DNA of 64,000 nt from Nitrospinales bacterium (GCA_965223795.1 CBDCXL010000002.1:1280001-1344000); one strand, 5' to 3'. Positions 49,428 to 60,405 are shown, numbered from the stretch's first letter. The notes: generated by a model from the sequence alone, not told the origin. Translations and numbers: made by a program.

Positions 49428-52400
49428 CTAGGGACGGTTCTCTCCGGTGAGGACGGTGTCTTCCGGCGCGCGCTTTCTGGGCAGCCGCGTCGCCGCGCGG
49501 CCGCCGGTCCCGGTCTCCGTTTGTTTGCGGACGAAGGCTGGCCCGCGCTGACGCTTGCGGGATTTGACCTTCGCCACTTCGGTCCGCTCGTCCTGCAAGG
49601 GTCCCCAGAACCGCGCGAACCCGCCCAGTTCGGGATATCCGGAGGGTTTCCCGGCCACTTCGAACAATTTGAAATCCTTTTCGAACAGGTTCGCCACGAA
49701 GGGGCCGGAACCGGTGCCGGCGAGCACCTCGCCCACGGAGCGGGCCTGGCTCACGGGCAGGGACGCGCCGGCGTAATCGCCTTCCAGGGTCCGGAAGCGG
49801 CGGGCGGTGGTTTCGGTGGAAAGCTGCGACAGGGTTTTGCCCGAACCGCCCACCAGAATGCTGCCCACGTTGCGGTTGACGAAGGTCTTGCTGCCGTCCG
49901 CCACGGAAACGCTGGCCTGGCCGGTGAGCGCGCCGAAATAGGACACGATGACGTCTCCGGTTCCCGCGTGCTCGATGGCGGCGATGTTCAGGCTGTCGGT
50001 CTCGAACAGGTTGATGGCTCCATTGCCGGTGTTGCGGATGCTCACCGAATCGATCCGGGTCTCAATGGCATTGGCAGCGGTGCCGAACCCGGTGACGCTG
50101 TTGACGATGAGCCCGCCTGTGGGAGCGTCGATGTCGAGCGCATCATTTGTGTCGCCGTCGAAGATGCCTCCATTCGCCGAGGTGAGCTGAATCGCGGAGT
50201 CGGAGGAGTTTGACGTCACAAGTCTTCCGGTGAGGGTGAGATCTCCATCGGCGTTGAGCACAATCCCACCACCTGCGGTCTGCACGCCGCTCACGTTCAG
50301 TCCGTTGCCGCCGCCGACGGACGCGGTGAGCGTTCCGCCGATACTGGACGATCCCAGAGTCAACGCGTTGTTTGTGTTCAGGGTGGCGTTGCCGTTCGAC
50401 GCGTTGAGGTTCACCGCACCGCCAAAGACATTGGCGGTGTTGCCGAGTTGAATCGAATCCGCCACCGTGAAGCTGGACGCTCCACTGACGCTCAGGGTGC
50501 CGCCGGCGGAATCGGAAATGCTCCCGCCGGACTGCACGGTGAGGCCGGTGAAGGAGGAAGCGGTGTTGGCGAAGTCCACGCTGTTGCCCGCCGCCGACGA
50601 GACCAGCGTGAGGGGCGCGGCGGCGGTCAGGCCGTCGACGGTGATGCCGCCGTTGTTGGCTCCGCCGATCGTGAAGCTGCCCGCGGTGATGTTATTGAGG
50701 TCGCTGGATGTCATGAGCAGATCGCAGCTGCCGCCGCAGTCCGCGGTGTCGCCGACGCCGATTTTCGCGCCCGCCTGAGACACTTCGACCGCCGTACCGG
50801 CGCCGCCGCTGGTCAGGTTTCCGTTCACCGCGAGTCCCGCCGTGGTCAACGACAGCGCGTTGCCGGAAGTGGCAAGGGTTTTCCCGCTGTCGAGCGTGAA
50901 CGCGCCGCTGCCGTCGCCGTCCGCATCGGTGTTGATGTTCGTCGCACCCTGAGTGGTGACGTCCGCGGACACCTGCACGCCGTTTCCGGCGTTGACGGTC
51001 AGCGCGTTGACTGTGGACTCATCCCCCATGAATCTCACGGACGATCCCGAACCGGCAGCGTTGAGTGTCAGCGTCCCCACGTTGGCGCTGTTGGCGGCGC
51101 CGACGTTGTCCACGCTGATGTCGCTTGCACCGTTGCCGAGGGTCAGGCTGTTCGTAGTGATGCGCTGCAATTCGAAACCGGAGAGGGCCAGCGAGCCCGC
51201 CGCGTCGCCGAGGCCGATCGTGCCGCCTGTTGAAGAGGCGATCGTCGTTACCACCGTGCCGCTGGTGAGCGAGCCGTTCAACACGATGTCGCCAGCGGTA
51301 ATGGACAACGCGTTGTTGTTGCTGGACAGGTTTTTTCCGCTCGCCAGAGTGAACGCGCCGCCGTTGCCGTCTGTGTCGGCATTGAGTGCCGCCGCACCCT
51401 GTGCGGTGAGATCGCTGTTCAGGTTGATGCCGTTGGCGGCATTCAATGCGATCGCGCCCTGCGCCGCGATGCCGCCGGTTGTCGTGCCCAGTGTGAGCAG
51501 ACCGCCGGAGGTCACGGCAATGCCGCTGGCCAGTGTGACGCCGGTGCCGCCGTTGAGGGCCGCGTCGCCGTCCGCCGTGAAATCGCTGCCGAGCGTGAGG
51601 CCGCCGCCGGACGTCAGCGTGGCGTTGCCGGAAGTGGTGATGCCGCCGCCTGCGGAACGCAGTTCCAGATTGCCCGCGGCGGTGACCGTAACATCGTTGG
51701 CGAACTCGATGCTGGAGTTGCCGCCGCCGTCGGCGTTGCCGTTTAAAATCAGATTGCCGCTTGCGGTGGTGAGACCGGAACCGACCGCGATGCCGTTGCC
51801 CGCGTTGACGGTGAGTGCGTTGAAGGTGGAAGCATTGTTGCCAAAGCTCACGGATGATCCCGGTCCAGAAGCATTCAATGTGAGCGTCCCGATATTGGCG
51901 CTGTTGGCGGCGCTGACGTCATCCACGCTGATGCTGCTGGCGCCGTTGCCGAGTGTCAGGCTGTTCGCCGTGACGCGCTGCAATTCGGAACCGGAGAGTG
52001 CCAGCGAACCCGCCGCGTCGCCGAGGCCGATCGTGCCGCCATTCGAGGACACGATTGTGGTTTCCGAAATGCCGCTGGTGAGAGAGCCGTTCAGAACGAT
52101 GTCGCTTGCGGTGATGGACAGCGCGTTGTTGTTCGTGGACAGGGTTTTGCCGCTCGCCAGAGTGAACGCGCCGCCGGTGCCGTCTGTGTCGGCATTGAGT
52201 GTCGCCACACCCTGAGCGGTGAGGCCGCTGTTCAGGTTGATGCCGTTGGCGGCATTCAATGCGACCGCGCCCTGCGCCGCGATGCCGCCGGTTGTCGTGC
52301 CCAGTGTGAGCAGACCGCCGGAGTCCACGGCAATGCCGCTGGCCAGGGTGATGCCGGTGCCGCCGTTCAGGGCCGCGCCGCCGCCCGCTGTGAAATCGTT

Positions 52401-54659
52401 GCCGAGCGTGAGTCCGCCGCCGGACGTCAGCGTGGCGTTGCCGGAAGAGGTGATGCCGCCGCCTGCGGAACGCAGTTCCAGATTGCCCGCGGCGGTGACC
52501 GCGATGCCACTGGCGAGCACGATACTGGAGCTGCCGCCGCCGTCGGCGTTGCCGTTTAAAATCAGATTGCCGCTGTCTGTGGTGAGACCGGAACCGATAG
52601 AAATGCCGTCACCCGCGTTGACCGTGAGCGCGTTGAAGGTGGAAGCATTGCCGCCAAAGCTCACGGATGATCCCGACCCCGCAGCGTTGAGGGTGAGCGT
52701 CCCGATACTGGCGCTGTTGGCCGCCGTGACGTTGTCCACGCTGACGCTGCTGGCGCCGTTGCCCAGGACCAGATTGCTGGCGGTGATCTTCTGCAGTTCG
52801 TCACGGGAGATCGACAGCGTTCCCGCCGCATCGCCCAGGCCGATCGTGCCGCCGTTCGAGGACACGATCGTGGTTTCCGAAATGCCGCTGTCAAGGGTGC
52901 CGCCCAGAACCAGGTCGCTGCCGGTGAGAGTGATTTTTTCATCGTTGGATTCGATCGACCCCAGCGTGAGCGCGCCTTTGGCGTTGAGGTTGATCGTGCC
53001 GTTGGTGGTGATCTTGTCGTTGGTGTCGGCGAAGGTGATGCCGCCGTTTTTCGCCAGGAAGGTGACGGAACCGCTGATGTTGAGAGACAGGACGTCGTCA
53101 GAAAGATCCTGAAGCTCGATGGAATTTTCCGCAGTGAGGTTGACGTCGGTGAAGCCGCCGAGAGCTTCGAGGGTTTCCTCATGGATCGTGAATGTCGCTG
53201 CGCCGCTGGCGGTGGCTCCGGAGCCGTCGGCGATGATGATGTCCTCGGGATCGAGCAGCAGGGTGCCGGTCTCTCCGTTGGGCGCGCGCGTGTCCACGAA
53301 TCCGTCGAAGTACAGTTCCTCCTTGCCGGACACTTCGACGAAGCCGCCGTTGCCGCGCAGCCGCCCGCCGCGCGTCTGGACGCGGCCGAAAAATTTCATG
53401 CGGCGGTTGGCCCAGAAGATGGCGCGGCCGCCGTCGCCGGAGGTCAACGCATCGGCGAACACGGAAACGCCGTCGCCGACGAACGTGTCGGTGGCGGTGA
53501 AATACGGACCGCCGCCCTGATAATCTCCGCCCACCAGCACTTCCCCGCCGCCCACATCGCCGGAAACGTCGAGCAGGGCGTCGCCGAAGAGGTTCACCTG
53601 CTCGCCGAACACGTACACCGTGCCGCCGGTTTCACCGTCTCCTCTGCCCGAGGCGTCGAGGGTTCCGGAAACGTTCACCCGGCCGGTGCCGCCGCCCTCC
53701 AGAACGATCCTGCCGTTCCGCTTGACGGCGGTGCGGGCCTGGACGATGCCGGACAGGTTGATGACGTTGTCGAGCGCGTGGCGTGCGGTGCTCACGTCCA
53801 GACGCACGATGCCGCCGTCGGCGTGGATTTCACCGGAATGCGTCACCAGCGCGGACACGGGCTCGCCGTCGGGACCGGCCAGTCCGCTGGCGAAATCGGC
53901 GCCGACGCCCAGCTGCACCAGCCTGTCGCCGTAGAGATCCAGCGTGAAGGTGCTGCCGGATGCCAAATTCACGCGACCCAGCCGGGCGTGGATGGCGCCG
54001 GCATTTTCCACCCAGGGCGCGACGAGCGCGACCAGCCCGCCTTCGCTTGCGGTGATGCGCCCGCGGTTCACCACACCGGCTCCCGGCAGGCCGGGAATGT
54101 CGAAGCGGTAGTTGCCGGCAAGGAAATCCTCGTTGCGGATGTCGGCCGTGGTGGCGATCAGTCCGTTGACGTCGATCTGCGCGTCCTTACCGAAAAAAAT
54201 GCCGTTGCGGTTGACCAGCATGAGGTTGCCGTTGGAGGTGAGCTTGCCGAGGATGCGCGAGGGATCGTCACCGGTCACACGGTTGAGCGCGGCGCTGTCG
54301 CTGGAGGGCATTTGAAAGTGGATGTGCTCGTGCGCCTCGTTGCCGAAGCTCTGCCAGTGGAGGATGGCTTTGTCCGACGCCTGCTGGACGACGGTCTTTT
54401 CGGGAGACACGTTTTCGATGGTTCCCGCGCCCGCCTGGAAACTGCCTCCCTGAGGCAGGGCGTAAAGATGGGTGGGGAACACCCCCACGAGATAGATCAA
54501 AAGCGAAAGGAAAAAGGTCCGGCGTTCCTGTTTCTTTTTGGGAGGTGCGAAAACCAGATCGCGGTCTGCGCGCCGGGCGGAACGGGTGCGCGTTGTTCGC
54601 GCGGGCGGGGAATCGAAGATTCCCGGAAAGACCGACTGGCCGCTGTGAAAGGGATTCAT
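49428..54659 (-). CDS. Filamentous haemagglutinin-like TpsA exoprotein
   Basis: Long signal region then a TPS domain (ILHWQSF, LNRVTG, NRNGIFFG, GGFVEVSG, GTLLLDP); G/S/T/A/N-rich beta-helix. Confidence 0.92.
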   Translation of the reverse strand: MNPFHSGQSVFPGIFDSPPARTTRTRSARRADRDLVFAPPKKKQERRTFFLSLLIYLVGVFPTHLYALPQGGSFQAGAGTIENVSPEKTVVQQASDKAILHWQSFGNEAHEHIHFQMPSSDSAALNRVTGDDPSRILGKLTSNGNLMLVNRNGIFFGKDAQIDVNGLIATTADIRNEDFLAGNYRFDIPGLPGAGVVNRGRITASEGGLVALVAPWVENAGAIHARLGRVNLASGSTFTLDLYGDRLVQLGVGADFASGLAGPDGEPVSALVTHSGEIHADGGIVRLDVSTARHALDNVINLSGIVQARTAVKRNGRIVLEGGGTGRVNVSGTLDASGRGDGETGGTVYVFGEQVNLFGDALLDVSGDVGGGEVLVGGDYQGGGPYFTATDTFVGDGVSVFADALTSGDGGRAIFWANRRMKFFGRVQTRGGRLRGNGGFVEVSGKEELYFDGFVDTRAPNGETGTLLLDPEDIIIADGSGATASGAATFTIHEETLEALGGFTDVNLTAENSIELQDLSDDVLSLNISGSVTFLAKNGGITFADTNDKITTNGTINLNAKGALTLGSIESNDEKITLTGSDLVLGGTLDSGISETTIVSSNGGTIGLGDAAGTLSISRDELQKITASNLVLGNGASSVSVDNVTAANSASIGTLTLNAAGSGSSVSFGGNASTFNALTVNAGDGISIGSGLTTDSGNLILNGNADGGGSSSIVLASGIAVTAAGNLELRSAGGGITSSGNATLTSGGGLTLGNDFTAGGGAALNGGTGITLASGIAVDSGGLLTLGTTTGGIAAQGAVALNAANGINLNSGLTAQGVATLNADTDGTGGAFTLASGKTLSTNNNALSITASDIVLNGSLTSGISETTIVSSNGGTIGLGDAAGSLALSGSELQRVTANSLTLGNGASSISVDDVSAANSANIGTLTLNASGPGSSVSFGNNASTFNALTVNAGNGIAVGSGLTTASGNLILNGNADGGGNSSIEFANDVTVTAAGNLELRSAGGGITTSGNATLTSGGGLTLGSDFTADGDAALNGGTGVTLASGIAVTSGGLLTLGTTTGGIAAQGAIALNAANGINLNSDLTAQGAAALNADTDGNGGAFTLASGKNLSSNNNALSITAGDIVLNGSLTSGTVVTTIASSTGGTIGLGDAAGSLALSGFELQRITTNSLTLGNGASDISVDNVGAANSANVGTLTLNAAGSGSSVRFMGDESTVNALTVNAGNGVQVSADVTTQGATNINTDADGDGSGAFTLDSGKTLATSGNALSLTTAGLAVNGNLTSGGAGTAVEVSQAGAKIGVGDTADCGGSCDLLMTSSDLNNITAGSFTIGGANNGGITVDGLTAAAPLTLVSSAAGNSVDFANTASSFTGLTVQSGGSISDSAGGTLSVSGASSFTVADSIQLGNTANVFGGAVNLNASNGNATLNTNNALTLGSSSIGGTLTASVGGGNGLNVSGVQTAGGGIVLNADGDLTLTGRLVTSNSSDSAIQLTSANGGIFDGDTNDALDIDAPTGGLIVNSVTGFGTAANAIETRIDSVSIRNTGNGAINLFETDSLNIAAIEHAGTGDVIVSYFGALTGQASVSVADGSKTFVNRNVGSILVGGSGKTLSQLSTETTARRFRTLEGDYAGASLPVSQARSVGEVLAGTGSGPFVANLFEKDFKLFEVAGKPSGYPELGGFARFWGPLQDERTEVAKVKSRKRQRGPAFVRKQTETGTGGRAATRLPRKRAPEDTVLTGENRP
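50790..52930 (-). repeat. Intragenic 813-bp (271-aa) tandem repeat, ~2.6 copies
   Basis: AGGCCGATCGTGCCGCC at 51211, 52024 and 52837; outer boundaries approximate. Confidence 0.85.
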
Positions 54660-54662
54660 GGC

Positions 54663-56381
54663 TCAGTACCTCGCCGACAGGCTGAAAAACACGCGCGGGT
54701 CCCGGTCCTGCTCTGCGGAAACCTTGCGGTTCAGCGGGAAATCCACTTCCACGTATCCGGAGAGGATGTCCGTCAGGTTGAAGCGGGTGCCCAGCCCGGC
54801 GGAGGCCAGGTCCTGCTGGCGGGCCCCGGTGGCGGTGGTGACGCGGTTCCACACGCTGCCGTAATCGAAAAAGGTGTAGGCCTGCAGGTCGCGCAGGAAG
54901 CGCTTGCGCACGGCGATGGCGCGCTGCAGTTCCAGTTTGAAGGCAAGGCCCTGGTCGCCGGTGATCTCGGAGGGATCGTAGGCGCGGCCGAACGCGCCGC
55001 CGCCGACGCCGAATTCTTCCGAAGCCAGTAATTTGTCGAAGGCGTACTGCCAGACGAAGGAACCGAGCAGCATCCAGGAAGGCACCAGCTGCTGCAGGCG
55101 GGTGAAGCCGCCGGTGAACTTGGTGAAATCGCTTTGGCCCTGGGCGCGCGTGAGGTTGGGCGTGCCGGATTCGGTGGCGTCGAGGATGTTGATTCCCTGG
55201 TGGAACTGCAACTGGATCAGGTTGACGCCGCGGAAGCGGTCGGCGTAGTCGTAGGTGACGCCGAGGTCGAGGACGCGCAGCCTGTCCTCGGAGTCGAGCG
55301 TGTTGAGGATATCGGTTTTGGTGTTGCGGTGGGTGTAGCCGATCTGGCCGCGCAGCGATTCGCCGCGCGAGCGCAGAAAGGGGTGCGACCAGCCGAAGCG
55401 GAAGCTGTGGCTTTCGCCTTCGACGTTGAACACGGCGAGGCTGGAGCCGGGCTCGGAATGGCTGAAGGAGCCGGACAGGAAAAACTGCGTGCCCTCGGCG
55501 GAGACGGGCAGATCGAAAAAGCCGCGCACGTAGTACAGCTCACTGGGATCGCTGGTGAACACGCCCTGCACGCCGAGGCGCTCGTAGCCGTTGAGCAGGT
55601 TGTTGGAAGACGCGCCCGCGAACAGCTGCACGGGTCCGTTGAAGCGGGTGCCGCGATTGTCCACGCCCATGTGGGCGTTGTAGGCTTTCTGTTCCAGCAT
55701 CAGGGTCAACTGCGAAGCGCCGGAGTTGTGCTCGGAAGGCGTGAGGACGGACTCGACGGAAAGTCCCGGCAGGTCGTCCATGAGCAGCAGGTAGCGTTCC
55801 AGGTCGCGCGCATTCAGCGGCCGGGAGTTGAGCAGGCGCTTGCGGTAGGCGTTCAACAGTTTTTTCGGCCCCTCCACCTCGCCTTTCACTTTGACGCTGT
55901 CGACGTAGCCCTCGACGATGTCGATGACGGCGGCGCCTGCTTCGATGGTCTGCGGCGGCACCACGGCGCGGGAGAGGATGTAGCCGTCGTTTCTGTATTT
56001 GCGTGTGATGGCGGCGGCGATTTTGTAAATGTGCTCGAGCGTCACCTCGCGCAGCAGGAAGTTTTTATACAAAGGCAAAAACTGCGCGTCGGCATAGACG
56101 GTGGAACCGCGCACCCTGAGCTCTTCGAGCTGAAACCGGACTTTGCGGAGGTTCTGCGGAAACAGGGGCCGCAGCGTGTCGGGCTGGATGGGGACCACCG
56201 TGGACTCCGGGTCGGGCGGCACGCTGAATCGTTCCTCAAAGCGCTGCGGGTTGGCCTGCTTGTAAGTCTGGTCCCGGCCCTGCGGCGTGATCTGCGCAAC
56301 GGCTTCTCCGGCGAACAGCAGCATCAGAAACGCCGCCCACCAGATCTTCAAACCGTTGTCTTTGGTAGAGATAAATTCCAT
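54663..56381 (-). CDS. TpsB outer-membrane transporter (ShlB/FhaC/HecB)
   Basis: POTRA domain (ITRKYRNDGYILSRAVVPPQ..IVEGY), DNRG, GRAY loop, C-terminal aromatic residue; directly upstream of tpsA. Confidence 0.92.
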   Translation of the reverse strand: MEFISTKDNGLKIWWAAFLMLLFAGEAVAQITPQGRDQTYKQANPQRFEERFSVPPDPESTVVPIQPDTLRPLFPQNLRKVRFQLEELRVRGSTVYADAQFLPLYKNFLLREVTLEHIYKIAAAITRKYRNDGYILSRAVVPPQTIEAGAAVIDIVEGYVDSVKVKGEVEGPKKLLNAYRKRLLNSRPLNARDLERYLLLMDDLPGLSVESVLTPSEHNSGASQLTLMLEQKAYNAHMGVDNRGTRFNGPVQLFAGASSNNLLNGYERLGVQGVFTSDPSELYYVRGFFDLPVSAEGTQFFLSGSFSHSEPGSSLAVFNVEGESHSFRFGWSHPFLRSRGESLRGQIGYTHRNTKTDILNTLDSEDRLRVLDLGVTYDYADRFRGVNLIQLQFHQGINILDATESGTPNLTRAQGQSDFTKFTGGFTRLQQLVPSWMLLGSFVWQYAFDKLLASEEFGVGGGAFGRAYDPSEITGDQGLAFKLELQRAIAVRKRFLRDLQAYTFFDYGSVWNRVTTATGARQQDLASAGLGTRFNLTDILSGYVEVDFPLNRKVSAEQDRDPRVFFSLSARY

Positions 56382-56903
56382 TCGTTCATTACTTATCGGC
56401 CGTGGAAAAATTTTTTTTAGACTAGACTGGATCCTGACAGGCGGGCGGGTTCCGCAGCGCCGAGGCGGCTGCAATGCGTATGCGCCGTTCAGAAGGCGCG
56501 CACAGCCCCCGCGCAGCGCAAACGAGCGGGGCAGGCCCTTCGTTTCAGGGGAGCAAGGTCTGTGCCAAAAACTCGCTTAACTGCCGAATAAACAAGGCGT
56601 TTAAATTGAACGGCCCAACCGGGGGATGGCACCGGGAAACGATCCGCCGAGAGCGGGAAAGGGGAAAATTGTTCCGCGGAGGGGTGTTTTTTACCGTTTT
56701 ACGGCCGATATTTCAGGCATTTTCGGTTGTCTGCCGGGAAACCGGCACACAACCGGGACCGGAGAGAAAACCCAATCAATACAATGATTTAGTGTGCAGA
56801 CAGGGAGGAATGCGTTACACTGGATGGGAGCGCGGCCTGGCCGCGCTTGCGCAACGATCGACTCGCATCTTTCTGGTTTTACAAAGCCGCCGCCAATTCG
56901 CTC

Positions 56904-57098
56904 ATGGAACCGGCCAACAAACTCAAAACATTGAACATGTGCGATTTCTGCACGAAAGAAATCCGCTCCTGCGGCGCCACGCCCATCGTGGCGCGCAAGC
57001 TCAACCGGGAAGCGGACCACCTCGCCGATCCCAGGTCCGTGATCGCGTGTTCGGGCTACGAAAACCCGGTGGACGCGCTGCGCGAAAAATTTCATTGA
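56904..57098 (+). CDS. Small Cys-containing hypothetical protein (64 aa)
   Basis: MEPANK..NMCDFC......C...VIACSGY. Confidence 0.5.
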   Translation: MEPANKLKTLNMCDFCTKEIRSCGATPIVARKLNREADHLADPRSVIACSGYENPVDALREKFH

Positions 57099-57320
57099 GT
57101 TTGTCCTGCAGCGCTGCTTTCGCCACCCGAACCGGAACCGCCGGGAACGCCCTAACCTCCGATATTATCGGAATCTTCCGCCCATTTTGTTGACACAGTT
57201 GTGACCTCAACTTCATGTTTCCGTGATACCCGCTGCCTATACTTCGGGAAGCTGCCGGGACACGTTCGCCGCATCGCGTTCGCCGGCGCTCTCGTTCAAT
57301 TCAAACACGGAAGAGGTCTC

Positions 57321-57731
57321 ATGAACAGCAGTGATGAATCCAAACGAAAACTGGTTGAGTTCCTTTGGGTGGAAATCAACCGGGCCATCCTCACTTCCAA
57401 GGAAGTGAAGTCCTCGATCAAGATCCTGCGCGACCTGGATCTTCTGGATCATTTATCCGATTACAACCTGGTCCTGGATGTCAATGCGCTGGTCGACCTG
57501 ATCCAGAGAAACGAAACCCAGCGCGAAGCCAACGACCGCCGGGCCGCAGACAAAGAGCAGGAAGCCCCCGCGGATCCCAGCGAAGCGCGCGAGGAAGCCA
57601 AGCCGATGGACATCGTGGACGGGGAGAAACTGAGCCCGAACGAAATCATGTTCCAGAAGCACATGGAACGCAATTTCGACGAGAGCATGTGGATGAAGCA
57701 GGCCGGAATCCGTTTTCCAGAAGAGGAATGA
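57321..57731 (+). CDS. Hypothetical protein
   Basis: GAGG RBS then ATG; host-like codon usage. Confidence 0.7.
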   Translation: MNSSDESKRKLVEFLWVEINRAILTSKEVKSSIKILRDLDLLDHLSDYNLVLDVNALVDLIQRNETQREANDRRAADKEQEAPADPSEAREEAKPMDIVDGEKLSPNEIMFQKHMERNFDESMWMKQAGIRFPEEE

Positions 57732-57746
57732 ACGCGGACGTCCGCC

Positions 57747-58004
57747 TCAGTTTTGCACGTTGTCGGCGATGACGACGACGTGGTTTTTGTTCACGGCGAG
57801 AAATTCCGCCTCAAACATCAGCTTCCCGGTGCTAACGTGGAAAACCTTGGCGCTGGACACGGGGATGAAACTTTCGCTTTCGTGATTGAGCATGTCGAGC
57901 AGGCGGGTTTGCGGAATTTTAAAGATCGTTCCCTGAATGTTCTCGCTGGCCGTGCGGATGACGGCGTCGATCTTTTCTTTTTTGACCACGCTTTTGTAAA
58001 CCAT
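57747..58004 (-). CDS. Small hypothetical protein (DUF6812-like)
   Basis: GAGGAGG RBS; I.G......RLLD.LN.....FIPV..A...FLAVNK.HV. Confidence 0.65.
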   Translation of the reverse strand: MVYKSVVKKEKIDAVIRTASENIQGTIFKIPQTRLLDMLNHESESFIPVSSAKVFHVSTGKLMFEAEFLAVNKNHVVVIADNVQN

Positions 58005-58275
58005 GACGTTCCTCCTCAGTGTTCCGCGGTGAGTGATGACGTTGCGCGGATCCTTAAGGAACTTTCCTCCCATTCCTCAGAAACCGGGCCCCGGATTCAA
58101 TATCGGCCTTAGACGGCCGGGAGAACAGATTTTTTTCCTCTCCCCGCGATCCCGCCACGAACTCAGCCTCTGCGGCCCGCGTCACAAGCGGGCAAATTTA
58201 CAAGCCTGACGGCTTGTGCTAGGATTCTTCCCACCACCGGAATCGTTTTTCCCCGTTTTTGATGCCTGTCAAACC

Positions 58276-60405
58276 ATGACATCCAGCGATTCTCCATTCG
58301 ACGCACCGGATTTCCGTCTGCAGGGCACCGACGGCATCCGCCGGGAAGTCCGCGAGGCGTCTGCGTTTCCCGGCCTCACGCCGCTCGAGGTGTTTCTCAC
58401 GCACGGCGTCATCACAGAATCGTTCATGGAGCTGTACGCCTACGCGCACGTGTCGCAGGCGATCGCGAGCGGCCGGATGCGGCCGGAAGCGGGGTTCGTG
58501 GTGGGCTGGGACCCGAGAGACCCGAACGGCACGTTCTCCGAAGCGGTGGTGCGCGGCGTGCGCAAGGCGGGTGCTGCGGCGCTGGTGCTGGGCGTGGTCC
58601 CCACGCCGCTGGTGCCGATGACGGCGGTGCACAAAAACGCGGGCGGCGGATTCATGGTCACGGCGAGCCACAACCCGAAGGACCAGAACGGCATCAAAAC
58701 GTTCTGCGCCTACCGCGGCATGAAACTGCTTCCGGCCAACGACGCGGCGCTCACGCGCGCGATCCGCGACACGGACTGGCAGCGTGTCGAGCCGCTGCCG
58801 CCTGCGGGCGAGCGCATCGAGCTGCGCGCGGAAGCGCTGGATCTGTTCCGGAGGTTTTCGCTGCTCGAATCCAATTCCTGGATCGACGCGGCGCTCCTGC
58901 CCGCTCTCAAGCAGTTCACACTGGTGGTGGACCCGGCCAACGGTTCGCTGTCGGGCATCGCGGCGGAGGTGTTCAAGCTGTGCGGCTTCGGCCGCGTGGT
59001 CGAGGTGAACGGCAAGCTGAACGGCGATGTGAACCTGCACTCCGGTGTCGCCGACCTGGAAGGGCTGAGCGCGATCACGCCCGACATGATCGAAAAACCC
59101 GCCGGGGCGTTTCGCCGGCACAAGGCGGTGGTCAAATTGTTCGAACTGGGCCGCAAATCCCGCGACGCGCTCAAGCTGGGGTCGCGCCGCGTGGCGGGCG
59201 CGGTGTTCGACGCGGACGGCGACCGGTTCTACCGGCTCGAATACGATCCGTTCGCCGACGCGCTGCTGGTGCTGAGCGGCGACGAGACGGCGTTTCTGCA
59301 GGCGCGCCATTTGCTGGAAAAAGATCCGAAGGCCTACCGCAACACGCTGTACATCAACACGGTGGAGAGCGACCTGAACGCCGCAACGGCCGCGAAATCG
59401 CTGGGGCTCAAGCCGAAGCTGACGGCGGTGGGAGACAAGTGGATCCTCTTGCAGACCGCGTTTCTGATCGCGGAGGCGAAGCTCGCGCACCTGAAAAAAA
59501 ACGCGGCGGGAAAGCTGCCCGCGCGGCTGACCGGCCTGTGGGATGCGGTGCGCAAACAGGATGCGTTCGACGTGGACGCGTTCGCCGAACTGGAAACCAC
59601 CCTCGACGCGGAAATGCCGTCCCAGCCTGCCTGGGACGCGTTCGCGGGAAAAACGGGGCGGCTGAAACTCGCGGTCGGCAGTGAGGAAACCGGGCACAAC
59701 ATCACGCTCGGCCGCCTGGAGACCGATGACGGCGGCGCGGTGCCGGTGTTTTTCGGCAACGGGCTCAAAAGCGCGCTCAACACCTTCGCGGCCACGGAAA
59801 CCCTGTTTGCCGGTCAGCGCACGCGGCGGTATTATTCTGGCATCCACCGGCCGTTCCCGCCGGGCTACAAGGCGACGCTCTACGCCTACCACATCGACAA
59901 GGCGCGCTTTAGCCGCGATTCGGAGGTGTGGAAGCGGGTGCGCAAGACGATCCTGAGCACGGCGCGGGACCTGGGCTTTAAGGGTTCGGCGCAGCGGTTT
60001 CCGGAAGATCCGGACATGCTGTATCTCACGCTCAAGCAGAGCGTGGACGCGGACCCGGCGGCGGTGTTCGTGCGCAACTCGGGGACGGAAAACAAGATCG
60101 GCGTCAACCTGCGTGGCGCCAAAAAGCAGGCGAAAGCGCTCAACGCCATCGGCGAGGCGGTGCTTCGGCTGCTGCTCGCGGAAATGAAGGACACGGACGA
60201 CCGCTTCTACAAACTCGAGCGGGATGTGCTGAATCTGGCCGCTGGCGGGCCGGTTGCGGAAAACAAGCTCAAGGTGGACAAGGCGGTGCGTCCCCGGCTG
60301 CTTGCGGAGATGGGCAAGCAGGGACTGATCCAGCTTTCGGATATGGGCTACCGGCTGACCCCGCGCGGCAAGTGGTATCGCGCCAACGGGCTTAAAGCTG
60401 AGTGA
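58276..60405 (+). CDS. Alpha-D-phosphohexomutase family protein (GlmM/PMM-like), enlarged
   Basis: GTDGIR, GWDPR, PTP, TASHNP..QNGIK, DADGDR, VGDK, EETGH, RNSGTE. Confidence 0.88.
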   Translation: MTSSDSPFDAPDFRLQGTDGIRREVREASAFPGLTPLEVFLTHGVITESFMELYAYAHVSQAIASGRMRPEAGFVVGWDPRDPNGTFSEAVVRGVRKAGAAALVLGVVPTPLVPMTAVHKNAGGGFMVTASHNPKDQNGIKTFCAYRGMKLLPANDAALTRAIRDTDWQRVEPLPPAGERIELRAEALDLFRRFSLLESNSWIDAALLPALKQFTLVVDPANGSLSGIAAEVFKLCGFGRVVEVNGKLNGDVNLHSGVADLEGLSAITPDMIEKPAGAFRRHKAVVKLFELGRKSRDALKLGSRRVAGAVFDADGDRFYRLEYDPFADALLVLSGDETAFLQARHLLEKDPKAYRNTLYINTVESDLNAATAAKSLGLKPKLTAVGDKWILLQTAFLIAEAKLAHLKKNAAGKLPARLTGLWDAVRKQDAFDVDAFAELETTLDAEMPSQPAWDAFAGKTGRLKLAVGSEETGHNITLGRLETDDGGAVPVFFGNGLKSALNTFAATETLFAGQRTRRYYSGIHRPFPPGYKATLYAYHIDKARFSRDSEVWKRVRKTILSTARDLGFKGSAQRFPEDPDMLYLTLKQSVDADPAAVFVRNSGTENKIGVNLRGAKKQAKALNAIGEAVLRLLLAEMKDTDDRFYKLERDVLNLAAGGPVAENKLKVDKAVRPRLLAEMGKQGLIQLSDMGYRLTPRGKWYRANGLKAE

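Noticed and set aside
49428..56381. Contact-dependent inhibition (CdiBAI) locus
   Set aside because: No VENN-like motif, toxin domain or co-oriented immunity gene follows tpsA.
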